44,097 bases of DNA from Candidatus Moraniibacteriota bacterium (GCA_038331135.1 JBBQOS010000002.1:1-44097), one strand, 5' to 3'; shown: positions 33,222-41,078, counted from the stretch's first letter. Made by a program: numbers and translations. Notes: generated by a model from the sequence alone, not told the origin.

Positions 33222-33312
33222 ATTTTATTAAGAATTATGAATCATGTATTATAAATAATATATTTTTATTGTTTATTGATTAGTTAACGAGTTAAAGAAT
33301 TGTGCCAGACGT

Positions 33313-33337
33313 GAATTTAAGAATTTAGGAATTTAGA
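33313..33337 (+). repeat. Three tandem GAATTTAR octamers
   Basis: GAATTTAA GAATTTAG GAATTTAG A, directly after the rnhA stop and about 92 nt upstream of the adaptor start. Same motif and orientation as 31703-31727. Confidence 0.75.
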
Positions 33338-33339
33338 TT

Positions 33340-33825
33340 TTATTTGACATTTGGAATTGGGTTTTTGACATTCTGCAAGAGTCTCTCTTGTATACATTCC
33401 TTATCCAACGCTTCGTTTACCATCCCATCGGCCACTGTATTTTTTTCTCTAAAAATATGTTTAAATTCAACTTTTTTAAAATCCAACATTAAATTCCAAA
33501 TTTCAATAAAATATTTCTGGATTCTTTCTTCTTTTATTTTATACTCATGACTAAGTTGCTTTACTACCAACTCACTGTCTAGGAAACATTCTATCTCGAA
33601 CTGCTTAGCTTTAGCTTTTCCTAGCAAAGCTTTAACTTTTTTCAAACCAAAAATCAATGCTTCATACTCGGCATCATTATTTGTTTTTATTCCTATGCAC
33701 TCACCGTATTTTTTATCTAATGTTTTTATCCAAACACCAATTCCAGCTGGCCCAGGATTTCCTCGTGAACCGCCATCTGTATAGATTATTATTTTATCAT
33801 TCATCATATAGATAAATAATAGCAC
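33340..33825 (-). CDS. rnhA: Ribonuclease HI
   Basis: IIIYTDGGSRGNPGPAGIGVWI...NNDAEYEALIFGLKK. The true start is probably one of the Met codons at 33807/33804. Confidence 0.85.
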   Translation of the reverse strand: MLLFIYMMNDKIIIYTDGGSRGNPGPAGIGVWIKTLDKKYGECIGIKTNNDAEYEALIFGLKKVKALLGKAKAKQFEIECFLDSELVVKQLSHEYKIKEERIQKYFIEIWNLMLDFKKVEFKHIFREKNTVADGMVNEALDKECIQERLLQNVKNPIPNVK

Positions 33826-33831
33826 ACAAAT

Positions 33832-33862
33832 AAAAAACCGCCCATATCGGAGCGATTTTTTT
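33832..33862 (-). terminator. Terminator after rplA
   Basis: aaaaaa-ccgcccatatcggagcg-attttttt: short GC hairpin between A- and T-runs. Confidence 0.5.
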
Positions 33863-33881
33863 ATCTAAAGTTTTTCTAAAA

Positions 33882-34553
33882 TTACTTCACTCTCAGCCCG
33901 GGTCCCATCGTAGAACAAAGCACTGCTTTTTCTATCAATTTTCCTTTAACTGCTTCTTGTTTAGCTTTTTCTAGCGCCTCAATTAAAGAATTGAAATTCT
34001 CAGTTAATTGAACTTCGCTAAAAGATGCTCTACCAATAACTTGGTGCACATTTCCAGTATTGTCATTTTTAAAGCTCACCTTTCCTTTTTTTAGCATTTC
34101 AACCGCTTCTTTTATTTTATCAGTTACGGTATCAGTTTTTGGATTGGGCATAAGTCCCTTTGGTCCAAGGATTTTAGCTACAGAAGCCAACTTAGGCATC
34201 ATTTCTGGAGTAGCTACTAAAATATCAAAATCAATTTTTCCTTTTTTAATATCATCGATCAATTCTATTCCCGCTACAATATCTGCTTTAGCCTCCTTAG
34301 CCTCTTTGGCTTTGGTAGTTGTAATAACAGCAATCTTTTTCGCCTTTCCTGTTCCATGTGGAAACACCACTGAACCGCGAAGTTGTTGGTCACCTTTTTT
34401 AGGATCAATGTTAGTTTTTACATGCACTTCCACTGATTCATCAAAACTGGCAATCTTGCTCTCCTTAACGATTTTAATCGCTTCTTCCAAAGAATAAAGT
34501 TTATTCTTCTCTATTTTTTCCATGACTACTTTGTACTTTTTTCCTCTTCTCAT
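33882..34553 (-). CDS. rplA: 50S ribosomal protein L1
   Basis: MRRGKKYKVVMEKIEKNKLYSLEEAIKIVKE..FDESVEVHVKTNIDPKKGDQQLRGSVVFPHGTGK. The track ORF has 18 extra N-terminal codons. Confidence 0.92.
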   Translation of the reverse strand: MRRGKKYKVVMEKIEKNKLYSLEEAIKIVKESKIASFDESVEVHVKTNIDPKKGDQQLRGSVVFPHGTGKAKKIAVITTTKAKEAKEAKADIVAGIELIDDIKKGKIDFDILVATPEMMPKLASVAKILGPKGLMPNPKTDTVTDKIKEAVEMLKKGKVSFKNDNTGNVHQVIGRASFSEVQLTENFNSLIEALEKAKQEAVKGKLIEKAVLCSTMGPGLRVK

Positions 34554-34710
34554 ATTTTTTCGTGGTAAACGGAAATAGTTAATAAAATTTTTAAAGTTAA
34601 TCCTCAAACTTTTAATTTTTAGCTAATCTCCTCCCACAAATATATTTTAGTTAATTACATATTGTTCTAAAATCACATATTTTCGAATTCTTAACTTCAT
34701 AAATTCCCAA

Positions 34711-35127
34711 CTATTCAACCTTTATCCCCATTGAACGGGCTGTACCTTCAATGATTTTCATCGCAGCCTCTACATCATCAGCATTTAAATCTTCCATTTT
34801 TTTCTCAGCAATTTCTCTTACCTGGTCTTTAGTAACTTTTCCTACCTTATCCTTTAATGGATTACCAGCCCCTTTTTCTACTCCGGCAGCTTTCTTTAGT
34901 AAATCAGAAGCAGGAGAAGTTTTCATCACAAATGAGAAACTCCTGTCTTCATTTACTGTAATTTCAACTGGTACAATATCTCCCATTCTCTCTTGGCTCT
35001 TATTGTTAAACTGAGCGCAGAAGTCTTGGATATTAACACCATGTTGTCCCAAAGCTGGTCCGACTGGTGGAGCTGGGTTTGCTTTTCCAGCTGGTATTTG
35101 AAGTTTTATAACTGTTTTCTTTGCCAT
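34711..35127 (-). CDS. rplK: 50S ribosomal protein L11
   Basis: [33 protein letters not shown]. The track ORF has 12 extra codons. Confidence 0.92.
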   Translation of the reverse strand: MAKKTVIKLQIPAGKANPAPPVGPALGQHGVNIQDFCAQFNNKSQERMGDIVPVEITVNEDRSFSFVMKTSPASDLLKKAAGVEKGAGNPLKDKVGKVTKDQVREIAEKKMEDLNADDVEAAMKIIEGTARSMGIKVE

Positions 35128-35226
35128 AATGATATAAATCTCTAATCTACTCAAACCTTTCACTAATTTTTTCTAATCCATTTGTGATTATTTGAGTTAA
35201 TCAGAGTCGATTCGTGATTTAAATAA

Positions 35227-35772
35227 TTATATTTTCTTAATTTGTAAAAAGTCCAATTCGACCGGAGTCTCTCGACCAAAGATTGAAACTGAAACCTTTA
35301 CTTTTCCTCTTTCTTCATCAATTTCTTTTACCTTTCCATCATGATCTTTAAATGGTCCATCGGTAATTTTAACTGATTCTCCCTCCTTGATATCCAATTT
35401 ATATTTTGGCTCAGATACTCCAATTCTCTTTTTGAGAGCCTTAACCTCCTCCGGGTCAATAGGGGTGGGAGTTGTGCCTAGTCCGATAAATCCTGTAACA
35501 TTGGGTGTGTTTCTAACCACATACCAAGAAGCGTCTGTTACAATCATATCCACTAGAACATATCCAGGATAAATTCTCTCTTCTATCGTTACTCGTTTAC
35601 CACTTTTAATCTTAATCTTTTTTTCTTTTGGAACAATCACATCAAAAATTAAATCCTGCATATCCATAGATTCAATTCTTTGCTTTAAGTTATAGGCTAC
35701 GTTATCTTCATAACCGGAATAAGTATGAAGCACATACCAAGCGCGACCATGATGTTGACTTTGTTTTGCCAT
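35227..35772 (-). CDS. nusG: Transcription termination/antitermination factor NusG
   Basis: 181 aa. WYVLHTYSGYEDNV NGN domain, C-terminal KOW (GESVKITDGPFKDHDGKVKEID). Confidence 0.9.
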   Translation of the reverse strand: MAKQSQHHGRAWYVLHTYSGYEDNVAYNLKQRIESMDMQDLIFDVIVPKEKKIKIKSGKRVTIEERIYPGYVLVDMIVTDASWYVVRNTPNVTGFIGLGTTPTPIDPEEVKALKKRIGVSEPKYKLDIKEGESVKITDGPFKDHDGKVKEIDEERGKVKVSVSIFGRETPVELDFLQIKKI

Positions 35773-35865
35773 ATTATTTAGTAATCAGTGACTAGTATTT
35801 AGTAACTGGTAAAAATTATTAATAAATTAAGAGATAGGTTCAAATATAATTTCAAATACTGTGAA

Positions 35866-36048
35866 CTAAATCACGAAATTCTTCAAAATTCCGCCAAACA
35901 GGTAATCTAAGCTTCCCAGAAACAAAGAAATTACCACGCTAACTGCAAGTATTATCAGGGTGTAGTTTAATGTCTGTTTTTTGGTAGGCCAATTAACTTT
36001 TAATAATTCTGCCTTTGCTTCTATGATAAAATCAAAAATTTTTTTCAT
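35866..36048 (-). CDS. secE: Preprotein translocase subunit SecE
   Basis: 60 aa. ELLKVNWPTKKQT followed by a single TM. Upstream of nusG. Confidence 0.8.
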   Translation of the reverse strand: MKKIFDFIIEAKAELLKVNWPTKKQTLNYTLIILAVSVVISLFLGSLDYLFGGILKNFVI

Positions 36049-36086
36049 TGATTTTTTTTAATTTTTATGGATGTTATTTAGCCTTT

Positions 36087-36110
36087 TTTAAAAAGCCCTT
36101 TGGGGCTTTT
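36087..36110. terminator. Bidirectional hairpin (aaaagccc-tttg-gggctttt)
   Basis: 8-bp stem with A/T runs on both sides, in the udg-secE spacer. Confidence 0.45.
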
Positions 36111-36353
36111 ACATTTATAAATATATAGCATAATGAGTAATTTGTCAAATGCGATTCCCTACGAAGTTACCTGCCTACTGGCAGGCAGGCGAATTTATAC
36201 AAAATTACTAATTTCACTATTTTTCACCCGTCATTGCGAGAGGAGTTTATAATTAAATAAAATCTATCCATCTCAATTTACATCATTCAATTAATTTATC
36301 TATTAGCATAACGCCAATCTAAAATTCATAAATCTTAAACCTTAAATCTTAAA

Positions 36354-36947
36354 TCATCTTGTATTTATCTGCGCTAAAATCTTAGGAATTTTCTTGAAAT
36401 CTTTAATCAAAGTCTGTCGCATCCCGCCATTATAAAGAGCGGCAGCTGGATGATATAGTGTGAAGAAAACTTGTTTTCCTAACCCAGGAAAATATTTGTA
36501 CAAAGCCTTGCCATGTGCTTCAGATATCTTTAATTCAGGCAAAAATAAATTCATCGAATGTCTGCCTAGGGTAACAATAATTTTAGGCGCTACAATCGAA
36601 ATTTGTTTTTCGAGCCATTTCCAACAGATATCCTTTTCTTCTTGAGAAGGGTCGCGATTTTCTGGTGGACGACACTTAACCGTGTTGGCGATATAGACGT
36701 CTTCTCTTTTTAATTTTATAATTCCCAGCATTTCATCCAAAAATTTTCCTGCTGCTCCCATAAAAGGCACACCCAATTCATCTTCTTTTTTTCCTGGAGC
36801 TTCTCCGACAAACATAATCTCAGCTTTCGCGCTCCCCGCCCCTGGTACCACCTGATTGCAACTATTTCTAAGGGTACACTTTGTGCAAGCTAACATTCGT
36901 TTATTTAGTTTTTCCAATTCTTCTTTTTTATTCATAAAATTAATCAA
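36354..36947 (-). CDS. Uracil-DNA glycosylase, family 4
   Basis: 197 aa. CTKCTL..C Fe-S cysteines, FVGEAPGKKEDELGVPFMGAAGKFL, HPAAALYN. Confidence 0.85.
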   Translation of the reverse strand: MINFMNKKEELEKLNKRMLACTKCTLRNSCNQVVPGAGSAKAEIMFVGEAPGKKEDELGVPFMGAAGKFLDEMLGIIKLKREDVYIANTVKCRPPENRDPSQEEKDICWKWLEKQISIVAPKIIVTLGRHSMNLFLPELKISEAHGKALYKYFPGLGKQVFFTLYHPAAALYNGGMRQTLIKDFKKIPKILAQINTR

Positions 36948-37085
36948 TTGAACATTAAAGCAACTAAGTCAACAGTCATCAACGGTACTTCATTTTAAAG
37001 TAGCTAGTATTATGTATTGAGTATAAATTCTTAAATCATAAATAGTACATCTTAAATCTCAATAATCAATTCATTAAGTAAATAA

Positions 37086-37628
37086 TTATCTTTTCAAATC
37101 ATGTATTTTTATCAATTCAAATTTATCATCCTCGGTGTTCCACGTGGCAAAAGTCGGTAAATAATAATCCCCTGCCACGTTGCCGGGATTAAGCATCATA
37201 CAACTAAACATATATTGTTTTTTCCTAGTTTCAACGATAGAAGTCCAGGGCTTGTGCGTATGTCCATAAAAAACAAAATCATATTTCCCACTTTCTGCTA
37301 AACGTTGAGCTTTATCAGGAAAATGAACAAAGACTACTTGCTTACCATCAATTTCTATCTCCCCAAAATTTCTAAATAAATTTACATTTTTATAAACATC
37401 TACATATTGGAATTCCCTGAGCTGTTCATTATCCATATTGCCAAAGGTATAATAAATCTCTCCGCCAGCTGGCGGATTAAAATTATCGGCCATAAAATCC
37501 AAAGTTTCGTCTGAAGCCAAATCTCCGCAACAAATAATTTTTTTAATTTTTTTCTCCTTGCAATAATTCAAAACTTTTTTTAAGTTTGTCTCATTATTGT
37601 GAATATCTGAAATAATCGCTATTTTCAT
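37086..37628 (-). CDS. Metallophosphoesterase, YfcE/MJ0936 family
   Basis: 180 aa. ISDIHNN, CCGDL, GNMD, GHTHKP. Confidence 0.8.
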   Translation of the reverse strand: MKIAIISDIHNNETNLKKVLNYCKEKKIKKIICCGDLASDETLDFMADNFNPPAGGEIYYTFGNMDNEQLREFQYVDVYKNVNLFRNFGEIEIDGKQVVFVHFPDKAQRLAESGKYDFVFYGHTHKPWTSIVETRKKQYMFSCMMLNPGNVAGDYYLPTFATWNTEDDKFELIKIHDLKR

Positions 37629-37671
37629 ATTTTTCGTCTTAATATCTTATCACGCAACTCTTCTTAATTTA

Positions 37672-37680
37672 ATTTTAACA
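37672..37680 (-). promoter_or_regulatory. Extended -10 (TGtTAAAAT) upstream of the phosphoesterase gene
   Basis: Minus strand tgtaTGTTAAAATtaa, about 44 nt before the ATG. Confidence 0.4.
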
Positions 37681-37703
37681 TACAATAAAACAATTTTATA
37701 CTC

Positions 37704-37775
37704 TATTCTTAATCATTATTTTTAATCTATTCTTAATCTATTTTTAATCTATTTTTAATCGTTATTCTTAATCAT
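37704..37775 (-). repeat. Six iteron-like direct repeats (TATTYTTAATC) at 11-13 bp spacing
   Basis: TTAATC at 37709, 37722, 37733, 37744, 37755 and 37768. Minus strand reads GATTAAGAATA / GATTAAAAATA. Confidence 0.85.
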
Positions 37776-37794
37776 CACCATTAATAACATTTAC

Positions 37795-37852
37795 ACTAAC
37801 CAATACTTCTCAAATTTGTGCATATGCACAAATTTGAGAAGTATTGGTTAGT
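37795..37852. repeat. 58-bp perfect palindrome
   Basis: actaaccaatacttctcaaatttgtgcat|atgcacaaatttgagaagtattggttagt: 29-bp arms, no spacer, no mismatch. Confidence 0.95.
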
Positions 37853-37892
37853 TTAATAAAAAAATTAAAAATACAATATTTTTTAGATATTT

Positions 37893-38507
37893 CTATAATT
37901 TAAAATTTTTTCTAATCTTATCTTCGTGCAATATTTTTTCAGCAGTAATAATTTCAATATATTGTTGAACGTTAAATAGTTCAGCTACAAAAAGTATTTC
38001 ATCCTCACATTCATAAGGATAGACCCAGACACTTTTTTGTATTTGAAAAAAATTTAATTTTTTTATTTTATTTCTTAGTGCATTTCGTGCTTGATTATAA
38101 TTATTTGGTTTTGTAGGAATATCAAAAATTAACACTCTCCATTTTCCATCCCATTTAATAGGCTTTTTAATCTCCAAGAACTTAACAGAAAACTCCATTA
38201 ATCGTTTTTTTCCTTTATTGGTCAGCTGGACTTTAACCGTATCATCACCAACTTTAAGTATTTTAATAAACTTTCTGTATTGTAAATTCTTACAAGCATT
38301 CTGAACCTGCTTTTTTGAATATCTTTTGGGATTATTATCAAATGATTTTGTGGCCTGAAGCAAGCCAGGAAGCACAGCTCCTACCAATAATAATGGTCCT
38401 GCTGCCAAGGAAGCCAATAAAAATTTAGAAGCAGTTGCTAAGACATTATCGTTATATAAAAATTTTTCCTCAAACAATTCTTTCACAGTTAATTTTTTAG
38501 CTTTCAT
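37893..38507 (-). CDS. PaaX-like (Cas2-fold effector domain) putative transcriptional regulator with N-terminal TM helix
   Basis: WDGKWRVLIFDIPTKPNNYNQARNALRNKIKKLNFFQIQKSVWVYPYE matches the PaaX central/C-terminal W.G.W..v.FdiPe...R..lR..L...GF..lq.svwv.P pattern. Preceded by a wHTH-like segment and the TM LLASLAAGPLLLVGAVLPGLL. Start taken at MKAKKL (38507) because the 16 upstream codons lie inside the palindrome. Confidence 0.6.
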   Translation of the reverse strand: MKAKKLTVKELFEEKFLYNDNVLATASKFLLASLAAGPLLLVGAVLPGLLQATKSFDNNPKRYSKKQVQNACKNLQYRKFIKILKVGDDTVKVQLTNKGKKRLMEFSVKFLEIKKPIKWDGKWRVLIFDIPTKPNNYNQARNALRNKIKKLNFFQIQKSVWVYPYECEDEILFVAELFNVQQYIEIITAEKILHEDKIRKNFKL

Positions 38508-38528
38508 ATATTTCTTAGTATATAACAC

Positions 38529-38570
38529 ACCTCTCTCAATATCGTGCATATGCATGATATTGAGAGAGGT
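38529..38570. promoter_or_regulatory. 42-bp near-perfect palindrome (candidate operator)
   Basis: acctctctcaatatcGtgcat|atgcaTgatattgagagaggt, one mismatch. Lies between the -10 boxes and the start codon. Shares TCTCAA-N4-GTGCATATGCA-N5-TTGAGA with the 58-bp palindrome. Confidence 0.6.
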
Positions 38571-38580
38571 TTGTTTTTAA

Positions 38581-38612
38581 ATTATAGTATATATTTATTA
38601 TAGTATATATTT
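38581..38612 (-). promoter_or_regulatory. Tandem 16-bp duplication giving two TATAAT boxes
   Basis: attatagtatatattt x2 on plus; minus strand aaatatatacTATAAT x2. The proximal -10 is 10 nt from the palindrome. Confidence 0.5.
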
Positions 38613-38675
38613 AATATAAAGATTATTTGAGGATATGGGCGAGTCTGCATATTTTTTTTTACAGCTGAACAGACA

Positions 38676-39512
38676 CTAGCAGCTATCCCGCATTACCCTT
38701 AGTAATTTAATATCTTCCATCACCCCATCGTGCTTGGTTTCTAAAATCATATCGATTTTGTTTTTCTGGGCGAAAACTATTATTTTTTTAAAAACTTCCA
38801 AACCAATTAAGCCTTGGCCAATATGAGCATGTCTATCTTTATTGGAGCCACATTCTGTCAGACTATCGTTAGCATGAATTAATTTAATATTTTTTAAACC
38901 AATTTCCTTATCTATTCTTAAGGCGGTTTTATCAAAATCTGTCCAATCATAGCCTGAAGCAAAACTATGCTGAGTGTCCAAACAAATTCCTGCGATATTT
39001 TTATTTTTTACTTTTTTTATAATATGCGCTAACTCTTTTAAATCATCTCCAATTATCGATCCGGCACCCGCACTATTTTCTAAAAGTAATTTAGCACTTC
39101 CATTATAATCTTTCAAAGTTTTAATCAACATTTCAACCACTTTTTCTCTCCCCGCTTTCTCCCCCAAATCTTTGGCTGAACCTAGATGCGTCATTACATA
39201 TTTAGCTCCCAATAAACTAGCTCGCGCCAATTCTTCCTTAATAGCATTTACTGAGCCATAGCGGATACGGTTATCGGCTGAAGCAAAATTGATATAATAA
39301 GGGGAATGAATATAGACAGCTTTTAATTTGTATTTTTTAGCTTGTAGTTTGAACTCTGCTACTGTGGCAGGAGTAAGTTCGGGAGTTTTGCCTCCTTGCG
39401 GAGAACGCGAAAAAATCTGCATCACTTCGCAACCCAAATCATACGCTCGCTCTGGCGCATTAAAAACTCCCCCCGCAATTGACACATGGCAACCTATTTT
39501 CATATTTTTCAT
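38676..39512 (-). CDS. nfo: Deoxyribonuclease IV (endonuclease IV)
   Basis: 278 aa TIM-barrel. IGCHVSIAGG, YIHSPYYINF, HLGS, DTQHSFASG, DRHAHIGQG. Confidence 0.9.
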   Translation of the reverse strand: MKNMKIGCHVSIAGGVFNAPERAYDLGCEVMQIFSRSPQGGKTPELTPATVAEFKLQAKKYKLKAVYIHSPYYINFASADNRIRYGSVNAIKEELARASLLGAKYVMTHLGSAKDLGEKAGREKVVEMLIKTLKDYNGSAKLLLENSAGAGSIIGDDLKELAHIIKKVKNKNIAGICLDTQHSFASGYDWTDFDKTALRIDKEIGLKNIKLIHANDSLTECGSNKDRHAHIGQGLIGLEVFKKIIVFAQKNKIDMILETKHDGVMEDIKLLRVMRDSC

Positions 39513-39552
39513 TTTAACATTTTAGCAATCTAGCATATTGGAATTTTAACAT
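39513..39552 (-). repeat. Five octamers abutting the nfo start codon
   Basis: Plus TTTAACAT TTTAGCAA TCTAGCAT ATTGGAAT TTTAACAT. Coding strand ATGTTAAA ATTCCAAT ATGCTAGA TTGCTAAA ATGTTAAA ATG. Confidence 0.85.
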
Positions 39553-39675
39553 ATAATTGGAGAAGATATAAGATTTATGATTTAAAAAAATGCATCTACT
39601 ATACATCATATAATATAAAACATTTACTTTTAAATTTGTTAAATTGTTTTAATACTAATTTGTTGTCATGTTTAT

Positions 39676-39704
39676 TTGACTTTTACTAAAAATTGTAGTA
39701 TTAT
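39676..39704 (+). promoter_or_regulatory. Sigma70-type promoter TTGACT-17-TATTAT
   Basis: TTGACT 39676-39681, 17-nt spacer, TATTAT 39699-39704. Confidence 0.6.
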
Positions 39705-39753
39705 CATTTGGGTTTACGTTACAACAATCAACCTCAACAAAGGGGAGGGTACC

Positions 39754-39951
39754 ATGACACCTCAACAGCAACAAATATCCCAATTTACCAAGGATGGGGA
39801 GATCCTTGCCACGGTGCACGCCTTAGCCCAAAAACTGGAACGCAAGCTTCAGGCAGGGAATTTTTGGAGCATTGAAGAGCTCCAAAAGATAATAACCAAA
39901 ACCCAGGAAGAAATCGAAGCTGTAAAAAAGGTGAATTCCTTATATGTCTAG
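39754..39951 (+). CDS. Hypothetical 65-aa protein in a locally GC-enriched island
   Basis: ATG at 39754 preceded by aaaGGGGAGGGtacc. MTPQQQQISQFTKDGEILATVHALAQKLERKLQAGNFWSIEELQKIITKTQEEIEAVKKVNSLYV. Own promoter and terminator. The track start at 39676 overlaps the promoter. Confidence 0.5.
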   Translation: MTPQQQQISQFTKDGEILATVHALAQKLERKLQAGNFWSIEELQKIITKTQEEIEAVKKVNSLYV

Positions 39952-39971
39952 GAGAATTCGCCACACAAAAA

Positions 39972-40012
39972 ACGGAAGCGCGACAAATTCGCCTTCCGTT
40001 CAATTATTTTAT
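39972..40012 (+). terminator. Hairpin terminator after the small ORF
   Basis: acggaag(c)gc / gccttccgt stem, then ttcaattatttt. Confidence 0.5.
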
Positions 40013-40042
40013 ATTACAAATTTTAAAATATTCTTAATCACA

Positions 40043-40086
40043 CTTTTAACAACTTGAACATTTGCAACATTTTTAACATTTTTAAC
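40043..40086 (-). repeat. Five tandem 9-mers (TTTTTAACA family) abutting the nrnA stop
   Basis: Plus ttttaaca acttgaaca tttgcaaca tttttaaca tttttaaca. Coding strand TGTTAAAAA TGTTAAAAA TGTTGCAAA TGTTCAAGT TGTTAAAA. Confidence 0.8.
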
Positions 40087-40088
40087 AA

Positions 40089-41078
40089 TTAAACAATTTT
40101 CCAACCATTTTTGTTTTCTACAATTTTTCCTTTTATTTCAAAACCACTAGCTAGCTTATGCCCGCCACCGCCAAATTGATGAGCGATTTCTGAGACATCT
40201 ACGCCTTTATATTTTTCACTCCGCAAACTTCCCTTAATAATCCCGCCCTCTCTCTCGGATAATACAAGCGAAAAATTTGTATCCGGCACTGTGTTTAAAA
40301 TTGAAGCAATTTCAGCCGTATCATCATAACTCGCCTGACAATCTGCTAAATCTTTTTTAGTTATCACGGTAGAAATCATTTTGTTATTCGGGTTTATTTT
40401 GGCTTTTTCCAAAGCACGTCCCCATAATTTCAAAGTAGAAAAGCGATTGCTTGAAAAAATCATTTTAGAAATCTTAGCCACTGAAGCTCCTCGATTTAAT
40501 AATTTTGCCACTGCATTCATAACCTTTGGAGTAGTATTGGAATGTTGCAAATTGCCAGTATCTCCCAATATCCCCATTAAAAGAAGTGTAGCAATCTGAC
40601 TGCTTATTTTTAAATTATGAAACTCAAAAAAATCAAAAATTATTTCTGACACTGATGAATAGCTAGCATCCATAATGTTCAAATCTCCATCTCCTTTTAT
40701 ATCTGGATGATGGTCCACCAATACTATTACTTGATTTTCCAAGAGATTATCCCGTGCCTTATCAAAACCTCTTTCAACACTGTCCATAGCAATTATGGAG
40801 TCAAAGCTTTTCAAATCAATTTCTGAAGGATTTTTTAAATCATAGTAAGTAAAAATCCTGAGATACTCCGGCATTTGATCAAAGCACGCCACTACCACAT
40901 CTTTGCCGATATCTTTGAGATAATGATATAGAGCTAAATTTGAACCAATGGTGTCAGCATCTGGACGACTGTGCGCAAAAAGCAAAATCTTATCCGATTT
41001 TTTTATTATATATTTGAGTGTATTAAATTCTTTTTCAAATTTCATAATTTTACTTGGTGAATTATCATAGCTATTCAA
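40089..41078 (-). CDS. nrnA: DHH-family phosphoesterase NrnA (oligoribonuclease / pAp phosphatase)
   Basis: FAHSRPDADTIGS, VDHHPD, GDTGNL, GGGGHKLASG. The track start is TTG at 41078; the in-frame ATG at 41045 (MKFEKEF) is an alternative. Confidence 0.85.
   Translation of the reverse strand: MNSYDNSPSKIMKFEKEFNTLKYIIKKSDKILLFAHSRPDADTIGSNLALYHYLKDIGKDVVVACFDQMPEYLRIFTYYDLKNPSEIDLKSFDSIIAMDSVERGFDKARDNLLENQVIVLVDHHPDIKGDGDLNIMDASYSSVSEIIFDFFEFHNLKISSQIATLLLMGILGDTGNLQHSNTTPKVMNAVAKLLNRGASVAKISKMIFSSNRFSTLKLWGRALEKAKINPNNKMISTVITKKDLADCQASYDDTAEIASILNTVPDTNFSLVLSEREGGIIKGSLRSEKYKGVDVSEIAHQFGGGGHKLASGFEIKGKIVENKNGWKIV

Noticed and set aside
36122-36148. TTGACA-15-TGcTATATA promoter-like sequence on the minus strand upstream of secE.
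   Set aside because: The spacer is short. The predicted transcript would start directly with the aaaagccc/gggctttt terminator-like hairpin plus U-run. It was not convincing enough to list as a feature.
37704-37775. Whether the tandem repeat arrays (this one and the 7-9 bp arrays) could be a CRISPR array.
   Set aside because: The units are 7-13 bp and directly abut each other, with no unique spacers. There is no repeat of CRISPR length (about 24-48 bp) and there are no cas genes.
39785-40003. 72-aa minus-strand ORF.
   Set aside because: It is antisense to the plus-strand small ORF, which has a promoter, SD and terminator. The minus-strand ORF has no signals of its own and crosses the terminator hairpin.
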